Shown here: in pieces, positions 49,880 to 60,944 of the stretch | Position numbering within the stretch: position 1 is the stretch's first letter | Layout of the letters: each line of letters opens with the position of its first letter | Assembly: GCA_028534125.1 (NCBI GenBank) | Contig: CM052817.1 | Location: forward strand, 622,001 to 686,000 | Source of the DNA: Lama glama | Taxonomy: Eukaryota | Reading direction: 5' to 3' | Length of the DNA: 64,000 nucleotides | Made by a program: the position numbers and the translations under genes | The notes under the pieces: model-generated | Seen by the model: the letters and a program-made list of their open reading frames with translations, nothing else | Databases searched by the model: none | Told to the model about the DNA's origin: nothing

Positions 49880-50510
49880 TCTAAGCCCATCCCAGGCAAC
49901 CGCTGAGGTTTTCCTGACGACGTAGACTAACGTTCTCTTTCTAGACCTCATACACTGGAGTGTGTTCCTCCAGCTCCCTCCCTCGGCACCGCTGCCCTGA
50001 GGCCCCCAGGCCCGGGCACCCCTCTGTCCCTGTGCACTGGGGGACGCGGGGCACGGCCGAGTCAGCGATGCCAGCATCATCAGTGGCCAGGGTGGCCCCC
50101 ACACCTGGAGCCGCAGTGAGCACGCAGGCACCATCCTCACGGGGATGTGCGCTTTCGGTCTTCTGGGTGAAAGAGTGGAATGGCTGACCATCTGCCGGCT
50201 GCACATTTGACTTTGTAAGAAACAGCCGAGTGGTTTCTGAGCTGGTGAGGCCACTGGAAACCCCACCGGCGTGGTGGGCATCCCATACGGCCTCCCGACC
50301 CTGGGCGGGTTTGGCCAGTGCCCTCCCAGCCCGTCCAGGCCACGTGTGGCCGCTTCTCGCCGTGGCGTCAATGTGCATGTCCCTGAGGACCAGAGAGGGG
50401 TCTTTTGCCCCCATGGATCTTCTCTGGTAAAATTTTAAAAGTCCACTCAAATCCCCTGCCCGTTTTTAATTGGGTTATTTGTCTTCTTAGTATTAAGTTG
50501 TAAGAGATCT
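49880..50510 (-). mobile_element. Ancient LINE-1 3' end, GC-shifted
   Basis: 'ccaggcaaccgctg...tttctagacctcatacactgga' and 'cctgcccgtttttaattgggttatttgtcttcttagtattaagttgtaagag'. Confidence 0.65.
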
Positions 50511-50519
50511 TTTTCCCCT

Positions 50520-50750
50520 GTTTTTAAAAATTGAGGTATAATTCATGTAGCATAAAACTCTCCGTTTTAAAGTGTGCAGCTCTGTGGCTTTGTAGTATAT
50601 GCCCAAGGTCATACAACTGTCACCACCACCCAGTTCCAGACATTTTCATTGTCCTAAAAGGAAACCCATTTGCAGTCACCCGCCCCCCAGCCTGGACCCG
50701 CTAATCAGCTCTGTCTCTCTGGCTTGGTTTCTGACACTCACAGAGATACG
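50520..50750 (-). mobile_element. LINE-1 3' terminus (L1MB/MC-like)
   Basis: 'aaattgaggtataattcatgtagcataaaactctccgttttaaagtgtgcag...ttccagacattttcatt' is a classic antisense L1M 3' end. Confidence 0.85.
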
Positions 50751-51279
50751 ACCTGCTGTACCTGAAAAGGTCTGTCCTGTTTTGCTGGGCACCTGGGTGG
50801 CCCTGGGACATCCAGGCCTCAAGGCTGTGGGCTAGGAGGCAGCCTGGGGGCCAAGGGCCTGGAGGTGGTTGTGTCTGGCCCAGAGCCAGCAGACAGGCTC
50901 TCATGGGGGTGCCACTCCAGCTCCCCGTGCTGGGGAGTCTCAAGTGAGCTTTGTGGGATGTTTGTTAGTGGGGTGAGTTGGGAAGGGTGCCTCAGAGCAC
51001 AGAGCACTGAAAGTTGGGGGAACGGGGGAGGGAAAGGGGGTAGGGCATTGTGTGGGGGAGGGGTGGGGGAGGGCAGTGAGAGGCAGGGGGAGATGGGGTG
51101 GGTGGCAGTTTTCAGAGCTCTGCTGCTCCAAACCTGGATCGTGAGGCAAAGGGCACTGGCCTCCCCAGGGCCTGCTGGAGTGTCACTCCTGGACCGGAGT
51201 CTGGCGACCTTCACCTTGACAGGCAGCAAGAGAGGGCGTGGGTCTCCTCTCAGGGCACAGGCCCCACCCCTGCCCACCG

Positions 51280-51700
51280 CCGGCCTGATTCACAGGGTGT
51301 CCTGCTCCAGCTCATTCGCTTTTTCCGAAGGCTGCAGAACCCTAATTGCTCTTTGAAGGGGAAAGATGCCCTAAACAAAGCCGTTAATTGCAAGCAAGCA
51401 GCTCCTCTAATGGGCCGTCTCATCGGCCTTGAGGCGACCACACGTGAGGAATCCTGAGTGGGGCCAGCCGGCTGCTGGGTCCGCGGCCTGAGGCCGGAGC
51501 GCAGGGTGACTCCGGGTGCCCCTCTGGCCACAGTCAACCTGAACAGGAAGTCAATCCGAGTGGTCACGGGGACACAGCCTTCGTTTGGTCTCCCTCCCGG
51601 GCAGATCAATTAAGTGCCATCAATTAATGGCCCCGGTTCAAGGGGACCCATGTAAGCCACTTCCACAGGTGACGTCAGGCCTGCAGGAAACGCCGTGATT
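51280..51700. promoter_or_regulatory. Candidate conserved enhancer
   Basis: CTAATTG, CTTTGAAG (51351-51358), TAAACAAAG, TTAATTG, tandem ATCAATTAA (51605-51613 and 51619-51627), and TGACGTCA (51670-51677). Confidence 0.55.
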
Positions 51701-52699
51701 CCAGACGGCTCCTGGGAGAGAGTAGGGGGTCTAAGGGAGGAGCCAGACCTCCGCAGCCACAGCGCCTGGGGCCACCAGAGCCTGGACAGGGGCTGGAGCT
51801 CAGTGACGTGGGGGCCGTGATGGGGACCTCGGCACCATCTGGGAGGTCTCCGTGTGGCTTAAATCCAGCCGGGCAGCGTGTCGGCCCCAGACCCAGCTGT
51901 GCCCACAGCCCAGGAATGTGTTCGGTCGGAGGGAGACTGGGGTTTGCCCTAAGGTCTGGCCCTCACTGGCGGCCCCTCCCAGGTTCAGCCCCTAGGAAAG
52001 AAACAATCCTCCATCTAAATGACCCCACTCTCATCACTGAGGGCGTGAGGCCGCCCCTCGGGAGCCAGGGCTCAGGGCAGACCATGCTCCCTGTGCTGGT
52101 GCAGGCATGTGGCTGGGGAGGAGCCTGACTGCCCTGTGCGGACCTGGTCCTGAGGGGAGCAGGGAGCTGGGCGCAAGGCTTCCCACTGAGCAGGGTGAAG
52201 CCCTTCTGATGGGGTTGACTCCCCGGGTGTGGTGGACACATCACATGAATAGAGATCCAGGCCTGGATGGTCCCATTTCTTCCAAGTCCCGCCTCCAACC
52301 CTGCCCCCAGCCTCTCCTCCATCATCACTGGGCACCAAACATCGTGTTAAAGCTGGGACGCTGTGAAGGTGTCTGGTTCCCACGCCACAGGTGGCCATGG
52401 TGCTGCTGCTGACTCAGGGCCCTGGCTCCTAGGCCTCCCTAGAGGAAACCAGTGCCTGGAGGGTGAGGAGTCGGGGCTGCTTGAGCTGGGTCTCTGGGAA
52501 GAAGTGCTCGAGGACTCAGGGCTGGGCTGGGGAAGACGCTCTCTCCTGGCCAACCCCACTTTCCCACCTCTCTGCTGCACCTAGTCACATGGTCAGCCCC
52601 TTAACCCTTGAGTCAAAAAGCTCTCCAGGGAAGATAGGCCAGTGAAACAGCTGTCCTGAGTCTCAAGACAGATTCAGCTTGCAGCTGGTGTTAGATAGA

Positions 52700-52835
52700 T
52701 GTGGCCTCCAGCCTAGTCTTCGCCGTCTGTCGGTGAGGTGGCCCTGAGCAAGATGTTCTACTGCTCTGAGTTCATGTATCCTCATCTGGTGGGGCTCTTC
52801 TGATTCAGAGAGCAGATGTGAAAAATGCTATGGAC
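52700..52835 (+). mobile_element. MIR fragment
   Basis: 'gtggccctgagcaagatgttctactgctctgagttcatgtatcctcatctg...gatgtgaaaaatgct'. Confidence 0.55.
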
Positions 52836-52847
52836 CAAAAAGAAACA

Positions 52848-52960
52848 ATGGTGACGTGAGGTGATGGTTGTGGTAATGATGTTGGTGATGATGATGATGG
52901 TGGTGATGGTGGTGGTGGTGATGGTGGCGGTGGTGGTGATGGTTGTAGTGGTGGTAGTGG
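52848..52960. repeat. (GGT/GAT)n microsatellite
   Basis: Visible imperfect triplet array. Confidence 0.95.
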
Positions 52961-53435
52961 CTGTGAACAACAAACATTTCTTGTCTTACAGAGTTTCTGA
53001 GAGTCAGAAACCTGAGAGTGGCTTAGTTGGGTGATTCTAGCTGAGGGTCTCTTATGAGGCTGCAGTCAAATTATCAGCAAGGACTGTAGGCATCTCAAAG
53101 CTTGACTGGTAGTGGATTTGTTTCTAAGATTGCTCCCAGGCTTTTGACGTATCCTCATTGATTGTCAGCCCCCAGTTTGGGTTTCTTCATAGGCTGCCAG
53201 TGTGGATACCACCCGGCAGCCGGCTTCCCCCAGAGTAGGTGGGGTGGGGGGAGGTCGGGGGGTGAGGAATAGGGCGGGAGAGAGTGCGTGGATAGCCAAG
53301 ACAGGAGTCACAGTCTTTTTACAACCTAATTTCAGAAGTGACATCCTAACCTCTGCCACGTTACCAGGTCTGGACCCAAGAGGGACTCCCCAGGGTGTGA
53401 ACCCCAGGAGGGGAGTCAGGGCCATCTCACAGTGG
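52961..53435 (-). mobile_element. MaLR LTR (MLT1F/G/H-like)
   Basis: 'aacaacaaacattt...tttctgagagtcagaaacctgagagtggcttagttgggtgattctagctgagggtctcttatgaggctgcagtcaa...tttcagaagtgacatcc...cagggtgtgaaccccaggagg'. Confidence 0.85.
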
Positions 53436-53959
53436 TGGCTGAGACCATGAAGAAGGGGCCAGAGAGCGTCTTCTGGCTTTGGGCCTCTCCGCCCAGAAGG
53501 CCAGACAGTCTGTGTAGACCCAGGTCCCGAGCCCTCCCCACAGAGAAAAGCAGGCACCCAGGGTCTTGTGTTTGCCTCTCTCCACCCGGGCCTTAGTCCT
53601 TCGGAAATGTGCTGTGAGTTGCAGGTGACGCTCCCTTCTCTTGTGTTCTGCATTAAGCCAGAATCACAGTGTCCCACCTGGAGGTCCCACATGCCCGCTG
53701 GAGGGAGGGAGAAACCTCCAGAGTCCCCAGGGCCAGCTTGCAGGGGGACATTCTGGCCCCTGGACAGCCAGCACCATCTATGCCTGCTGGGGGGCCACTT
53801 CGTGCCCTCAGGGCCCCACTGGGCAGCACAGGGACCCCTGGTGGTGACTCAGGGGCTGCATCTGGCCCCCCGCCGGGAAGGACCATTGGAGCCCCTCAGG
53901 CCCCGTGGGACAAATCCTCCCGCAGCCCCCGCCCGCGGCAGCCAGGCTCTGAGGAATGA

Positions 53960-54270
53960 GCGTGGCATCCCATAATTTCCCAGGCGCGGCCTGATGGGAC
54001 GGTTTGTAATAAAATTGCTTCTAAAAGCATATTTGCAAGTCACCACCACATTTTTTACGCGGAGCAATCTCTCATGGCGGCTCTTCATCTCCGTGATTAA
54101 GCAGCCGACTTTCTCACATACATTTTGTTACATGTGTCTTAACCAGGCTGAGGAAACACTCTCTGCAGAGACCTCCCTTGAAAACGGCGGCCTTTCGATG
54201 TGTGATTTACGGGGTTATCTGACGAATCCCCTCCCTGGAGCCGGTGACAGCTGCCCCGCCCAGTAAAGGG
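53960..54270. promoter_or_regulatory. Candidate conserved enhancer with posterior HOX/CDX/PBX motifs
   Basis: GTAATAAAA (54006-54014), TTTTTACG (54052-54059), TGATTAA, and TGATTTACGG (54203-54212). Confidence 0.6.
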
Positions 54271-55479
54271 GAGGGGTGGGCCGGCTCCTCCCAACCTGGG
54301 GGCCAGGAGCCTGGGGAGGGAGCCGGGCAGCCCAGGTGACCTTGGATCACCCCAAGCCCCTGGGATAGGGAGACTGGGTGGGGTCCGAGGTGTGTGAGCT
54401 TAAGAGCCACTGTTTCTGCTGCCTGCACTGACCCCCCTGCCCCAGCCGTGGGCCCCAGGCCACCAGCACTGCACTGGGGGACACTGGGCAGCAGCTGGGC
54501 AGGGGAGAGAGCCAGTATTTTCCTTCCGGGGGCAGCATGGCCCCTTGTGTGCAGTGCCACGCGGTCTCAGATGGTGGCGATGACCTTGGAGCAGATGCAG
54601 GGCAGGGGCGGCCCTTCCCCGTCCATCGAGGAGTCGGGCCCAAGCAGAGGCTGGCACAGCTGTGGGGGCACCAAGCAGGTGTCAGGGCTCTCCAGCCGTT
54701 TAGAGAGCTGTCCTGGGCACCTTGGTGGCCCCAGGAGTGACATCCCTGGTGGGTGATGAGGGTCCCGACCCTGCCACCCCAACCAGGGCTCCAGCCCAGG
54801 TCGCCAGGGACGCCACTGCCTCTCACTGGGTCACTGAGTTTTCCCTTTAGTGCAAGCGGCTGTAATGACGTGTGTCTTCGCACCCTGTCCTGTCCATAGG
54901 GGCTGCTCACAGACCCCTCCCTCGCTCCTCTTGTAGGACAAGCCTGCTCAGTAAGAATGAGCCCCGAAGCCCCTGCCAGCCGGCCAGCTGTTAGGGCTGG
55001 CCCCAGAGATCCCTATCTCAGGGCCTTGTTCCCACGAAGGGGACCCAAACGCTCCGTCTGAGGTCGACCAGGTTGCCCACCTGCCTCAGGCAAACGTTCC
55101 GGGGGCAGAGGGGTGGGCGCCCGGGGAGGCACCGGCCAGGCAGACCTTCACGCAGGTGAAGTGGTGCCTTTTCCAGGTTCATTGTCTGCACAGAGGCTGC
55201 CCCAGGGAGGCAGAGCAGACCATGCTTCTGCCTCGTCCAGGCCACCCCACTGGCCGTCCAGCCCTGCCTGACTGCCCTGGGCCTGAGTGCAGCAAGGCCA
55301 GCCCTCCCGGGCAGGGCCCAGCACCCCTTCCCTTCAGGTTGTCGGCTGGAAAGTGTCCCTGAGAGCCCAAGGGCGAGACGCCTCCGCTGGGCCCCTGCAG
55401 CCCCAGCCCGAGGGCAGGGGTCAGTTCAGTGTCATCTCGGCCCCCAGCTCCAGCACAGGCCTGGCCTGGGCTCTGCCTG

Positions 55480-55935
55480 TGTGCTCACATCCATGCAGGC
55501 GTCACACGTGTCACGAAGACGCGGGTGTGTCCGTGCCTGCGCTGTGTGCTGCCCTGGCACCAGCAGGCGTCGGGGAGCCGCCGTGACAATCATAGGTGGA
55601 AACTCAGATGCACAGGACAGGCTGATGGTGCGCAGCCTGCATCAGGGTGAACTGTGACACACGGGGCAACTCCAGCGAGCCTCGAGGACGTTGTGCCGAG
55701 GGACAGAGGCAGCACAAAAGCACAAACGTGGTACTGGGTGAACAGACAGGTGTCTATAGCACGGACAGTGGATGAGCGGTGGCTTGGCTGAGGCAGGGAA
55801 ACGGGGCTGAGAATGTTCTAGAATTAACTATGATAATGGTGGCACATCTGAATATATGAAACAAACATTGAATTGCATACTTTAAATGGTATGTGAGCTG
55901 TGTCTCAATACAGCCATTTAAATAGAAAAGAATGA
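55480..55935 (+). mobile_element. Ancient LINE-1 3' end (sense)
   Basis: 'gagaatgttctagaattaactatgataatggtggcaca...aacattgaattgcatactttaaatgg...tctcaatacagcc' resembles the L1M 3' terminus. Confidence 0.75.
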
Positions 55936-56699
55936 ATTGGGCACCAAAAGGAGGGCCTTGGAGCCGAGCCAGTCCCCTCCCACCATGTGACACTCTGGCT
56001 CCCTGTGCTTTCCGATGTCCAGCCTTCAGGCACCTCCTGGACTGGGGTCACCTTGAAGGTTGGAAGGGACCAGGCTCCGGCTGGGGCAGCAGCCCTTCCC
56101 CACAGAGCTTGGGGTCTACACAGGACAGAGGGCGAGCAGGTGAGCCCAGGGCTCAGTAAACCTGTGACGAGGCCACGAAGGCGGAGACCGTGTCTCCAGG
56201 AGACCAAGGTGGGATGAGCCGTGGGTAGTGGGCATCCTCAGTCCAGCTGGGCCTCCTGCATGGACCCCTCACTCCCCTGCTCTGTCCACAGGCTGGCGGG
56301 TCTGCCAGAGTGCCCCTCCTGGGAGATGGCCCCAGAAGGGACTTCAGCAGGAGGCAGGGAGGCTGAGGCCCGGGGGCAGCTGCCCCTGCTCCCGGCTGGG
56401 GCCTGAGGGTGTGGCCTCTGGTGCCCACGGGAGCGAAGTGTAGTTCCCATCACACTCTGGAGGCCCCTGCGTGCTGGGAGGTGACCTGGGTGCCCTGCCC
56501 TGGGTCCTGCCCTGTGCCTGGGTCCACTTGACTCGGACCCCACCTGGCAGCTGGACGCCTTCAAGTCCCAGGTCTGCCTGGAAGACAGCCCCAGGAGGGA
56601 CCCCACAGATGAGGGAAGAGGCCCATGCAGAACCCCTCCCCAACTCAGGACGGGGATGAGGTGGGCGCCCCTCCCCCTACACCCTCCTCCCCAGGGTAG

Positions 56700-57070
56700 A
56701 AATGGTCAGAGATATATTCATTACATTCTCTCTGTAATGGGCTGCTTACTTTATGATGTGGGGACACAAAAGTAAATTTTAAAATCAATTATACAATTAC
56801 ATATGTAGTAATAAGAGAGTACACAGCTAATCTCCACTGGGTCAGCACAGCCACCTTCCAATAATGCAGGTTTCATTAGGGGAAGGGCTGTTACTGCCAA
56901 GAATTACAGAAATAATGGGGGTGGGTGTATTCAGCGAGAAGTAACAAATGAGGCTGCTTGTGAGATAAGACGCAGAGTCGGCGGCTCCGAGGAAGCCTGT
57001 GGAGGCTGAGGACACGGCGGGTCACCTGCGCCTGCCTGGGGACAAGAATTAATTTCCGACATTTAGGAGC
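56700..57070. promoter_or_regulatory. Candidate conserved enhancer
   Basis: Long AT-rich non-repeat island with CAATTA x2, TACATATGTA (56798-56807), TTTATGA, CTAATCT, AGATAAG and AATTAATT. Confidence 0.6.
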
Positions 57071-58769
57071 CTGGCGGTGGCGGGGGCTTCTGCCAGGAGC
57101 CGCGGTCCTGCCTGGTGAGGGCAGGGGGAGTAGAGGGAGGGTCTCTGGCCTCCATCTGGGCCGCTCCAGCCCTGGTGGGTCCTGAGGCTGTGAACCCATG
57201 GACGGTGTTCCCACCCCACGGGCCCCTCCCACTCTGCCAGGCCCCCTGATGTAAGCTGCTCGCCCCCAGGCTGCCAGCTTGCACCTCTGGGCGTCTGGAA
57301 ACCTCACTGACCCTCCGTGGCCACTTCTCACCATGGCCAGGGCTGCTGGGGACATGACGTCTCCCACGTGGGCCTGGTTGCTGATGGACCAGAGAAGCAG
57401 CTCCGAGGACACTGGAAACACGCTAGCCTGAGAGCAAGTTGGCTCAGAGTGAGGCTGAAGTGCTCCTCCCTGGTCTCAGCACTGGGGGTAGGGGCACAGG
57501 GGTCACTAGGGGTGGGCTGGGCTGGAGGCTGCACTAGCATCAGAGTCCAGAACAGAGGCCAGAAGGGCTGAGACGGACGGTGGGAGGGCGGCCCCTCGGC
57601 ATCTCCAGGTAGACCCTAGCCCCGGACGGAGGAGAGGGCTTCTGCAAAAACACCCCATTTCACCTGCAGGAGCAGAGCCTGGCCCTGCCGCCTGTGCAGA
57701 GTGGAGTGAAGCCCCAAGGTCACAGCCCCTAGGGGCCACCGGGCTGGGCACCAAGTCTGCAGACTGACCTCCTCCCTGAGGCCAAGGTGTCTGCTGGGCA
57801 TGGCAGGGCAGGGAGGCCCAGCCCACGGAAGAAGGGGATCCGCTGGTGGGTCTGGGGTCCCGCCAAGCAGAGCTCCCATCCAGTACTGGGACGGGTTCCA
57901 GCAGAAGAGAGGACCCAGCGTCAGGTGCACAGAGCAGCGTCCGGCCTGTGCTCAGTGCTGGAGAGCCACGGACGGCCCTGGTTGACTCCCAGGGGTGTGC
58001 GCCCCCAGGCCGGCCTGGACAGCCCTGCAGGGCCAGGCTCCCACTTAGGACGGCACAGTGGCTCCCCGACAACCCTCTCGTCCTCCACTAGCCCCACAGC
58101 CCACCCGTGGCCTTGCCCTGCGGCTCACAGAAGCTGGGACAGAAGGGATCAGTGGATGGTGGAGACCACCAGTGTCTGACCGAGGCTGGGGTGGGCTCCA
58201 TGGGTGGACAAGGGAGCACCGTTTTGTGTGCCCCACCAACAGGGCGTCTTGAGTCTCTGTCCCTGCTGTGGTCAGTCCTTGGTGAGACCACATCAGGACT
58301 GGATGCTGCCTGGCTCTCTCAGCGGGCACACCTAGCTGGCACCCTGACTCCCAGTGCGGTCCTCAACATGCCTAGACTGGGGCCTTCTAGAAGGGTGTTC
58401 CCGGCGGTTTTACCCCAGAGCTGAATGCTGGGGCCTGGAGGTGGCAGGAGGGCGGGGACCATATGGCCTGATGGTGGCTATGGTGACATGGGAGGCAGAG
58501 CCGGTGCCTGGCAGTTTTGGGGGTGGGCAGATCCTGGGGTTCAAGGGCCAGGAGGCCAAGGCCAGGCAGCTGAGACCCGAAGCCTGGGTCCCACGAGGTG
58601 TGGCAGCCAGGGGCCCGTGGGACGCCGGACAATCTGAATTTCGGGCAATTCAGAAAGGAGACCACTTCACCCCTCGCCACTTGTGGGAGCCGTGGGGACC
58701 CTGGCGGGTGGGGTGAGCCCCTGAGGACGGTGCACGGCTGTTCACTCCAGGTGGAGGCAGGCACTGAGG

Positions 58770-59385
58770 GCCCGCTGCAGGCGCCGGGGGGCCGGGGGCC
58801 GGGCCGCCAGGCCGAGCCGGAGATGGGAGCGCAGAACCGCCCAAGTGCAGACTAATCCCAGCGAGATCACCGGTGCGGATTCCCGCGCATGCAAATGAGC
58901 TGCCAGACGCCACCATCGCCTTCCCTTTCTGCGCCGGCAAATAGGCTCCGATAAGGGGGTCTTTGTAATTACACGGAGCTACACTGGTCAATTCTGACTT
59001 TTAAATACCGCAGGGCCCGAGAAAGGAGAAAGCACTGCCAACACATGTTCTTCCAGGCGACGGCAGCGGCTCCCTTTGAATTCCGCCCGCTGCGCGGCCC
59101 AGCCGCCGCCGGCCGCCGGCTCCTTTGTGAACGCTATCGCTCCATCACCGTGCGAGATCATTTCCAAATTAAATTTTATGGTCCATTACTTACGGCTCCG
59201 ACACTGGTCTAATGGAATCTTAAATGGAACTGACTTGATCTGTGTGGGGCTGGCCTCGCAGTTAAGATGTTATTTAGTTCTAATTATCAGATAATGAACT
59301 CGGGAAATTTAATTTTTAATATTTGTATGTCAAAAGTCCATTGTGCTTTGCCTAGAGACTTTAAATTAAAAGTTAACACGGGTCC
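58770..59385. promoter_or_regulatory. CpG-rich patch fused to a large AT-rich candidate conserved enhancer
   Basis: TAATCC (58853-58858), ATGCAAAT (58889-58896), TGTAATTACA (58964-58973), CTTTGAA (59074-59080), TTTTATGG (59174-59181), TAATTA and CATTGT. Confidence 0.7.
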
Positions 59386-60139
59386 AACACCAGTCCCAGA
59401 ATGTCCCACCGAGGGCTGAGGCCGCACAGAACCCCTACTGTGTGCCCAAAGGACCCCACGGGCACCCGGGCGGGAAAAGACCCAGGCCCAGATCTTGGCC
59501 CCAAGCCCCGTGGGGCCAGCCGCATGGTGGTGACAGTGGGCACGGGGACCGGGTAACGCAAGCTGGGGGCTCCGGACCCCGAGAGTCAGCCCTACTACTG
59601 CCCTAGGGTCCACAGGCCCAGGGAGGCAGTCTGGCCCAGCGGCCTGCCGATCCAGCGTCTGTGGCAACACCTCCGCCCCCAGCTGTCCGAGGCCCCCAGG
59701 GACTGTGGGAATGGAGAAAACGCAGTAGCAGCCCTCAGACCCTCGTCCCGGGGGAGACCCTGAGCCCCACCACGTTCCCGAGCTTCACGGACAAGCGAAC
59801 TTCCCGGCGAGAAGGAGGGAAGCTGTCACTTTGTCCCAACAAAGTGCAGGAGCACCGCCTCTTCAGGCAGAGCTGCCAGCAGCTGCCTTCGTCCTTCCAC
59901 AGTGCCCGTCCGTGGGGAGCCCCAGCCCCAAACTGCTCACACCCCTGGGTGGGGACCTCAGGGGCTCTGGACAAGGCACTGTTCCAATCCCTCCCCAAAA
60001 GCTTGAGCCCAGGCATTTCCAGAGCAAGCCAGACTCCATGCACCCCACCCCGTGGGCCCGGACTAAGGCTGGAAGCTCCCCCGACTCTGCCCCAATGTCA
60101 GGGCCCACTTGTGCTTCCTGTAAGGAGCTAAAGTCTTGA

Positions 60140-60440
60140 GGACCTCAGTCAACCAATTCTTAGTATCAGTCAGACACTGGAGAGCTTCCTCCCTTCTCTG
60201 AGTGCAGTGAGGCTGAGACAGGAAGGGTTCAGGGTGGGCCACCGAGACACCCGGGACGGCTTCCTGGAGGACGGAGTGACAGCAGGGGACCTGGAGGCTG
60301 GTGGGATTTAGCAACAGAGAGAATCACGGATGGGGGCAGAGTGGGGGAGGAGGGGGCAGAAGGATGGACAAGGGGACAGAGTGGCAGGTGAGGGTCCAGG
60401 GGCAGAGCAATGTGGAGGACGAGGCTGGGCAGGAGACGGG
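60140..60440 (-). mobile_element. L2 fragment
   Basis: 'tcagtcaaccaatt...ggcttcctggaggacggagtgac...gacctggaggctggtgggatttagc' resembles antisense L2. Confidence 0.5.
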
Positions 60441-60944
60441 TGGGCAGTGCGACAGGACGCGGATAGGCCAGCCTGCTCCCCCAGGCCCCAGAGTCCCCCA
60501 CTCAGACCAGCAACTGGCCCAGCTGGAGGCACCTGTCTTCTGGCTACAAGGTGACCTGCAGTCCCAGTGGAGGGCAGCGCTGGCCACACGTGGCCAGCCG
60601 CCCAGTGATGGATGGCCAGCAGCCCCCCCGCTGGACCCCGCGCCGGCCTCCCTGACCTGGTCTGCCAAGCACCCTGTTCATCACCAGACTGCTAATGCCC
60701 AGGGGCTGAGTGGGGAGTCCCCCTTCAGAGTTGTAATTCACTGTGTCCTCAGGAATCTCCTGGGGGCCCCTCCCCCGCCACCTGGGCGGCCAGGCCACCT
60801 TGCGCTCACCCACATGGGGCAGGGACAATGCCCTCTGTCTGCGGCCTCCAGCGCCAGGAGGCCTGCATGCAGCAGCCCCCAGGGTCGGGAGGCCGGAGGC
60901 CGCCCCGGGGTGTCTACTTGAGGGTCTCTGACGTTTGAGCTAAG

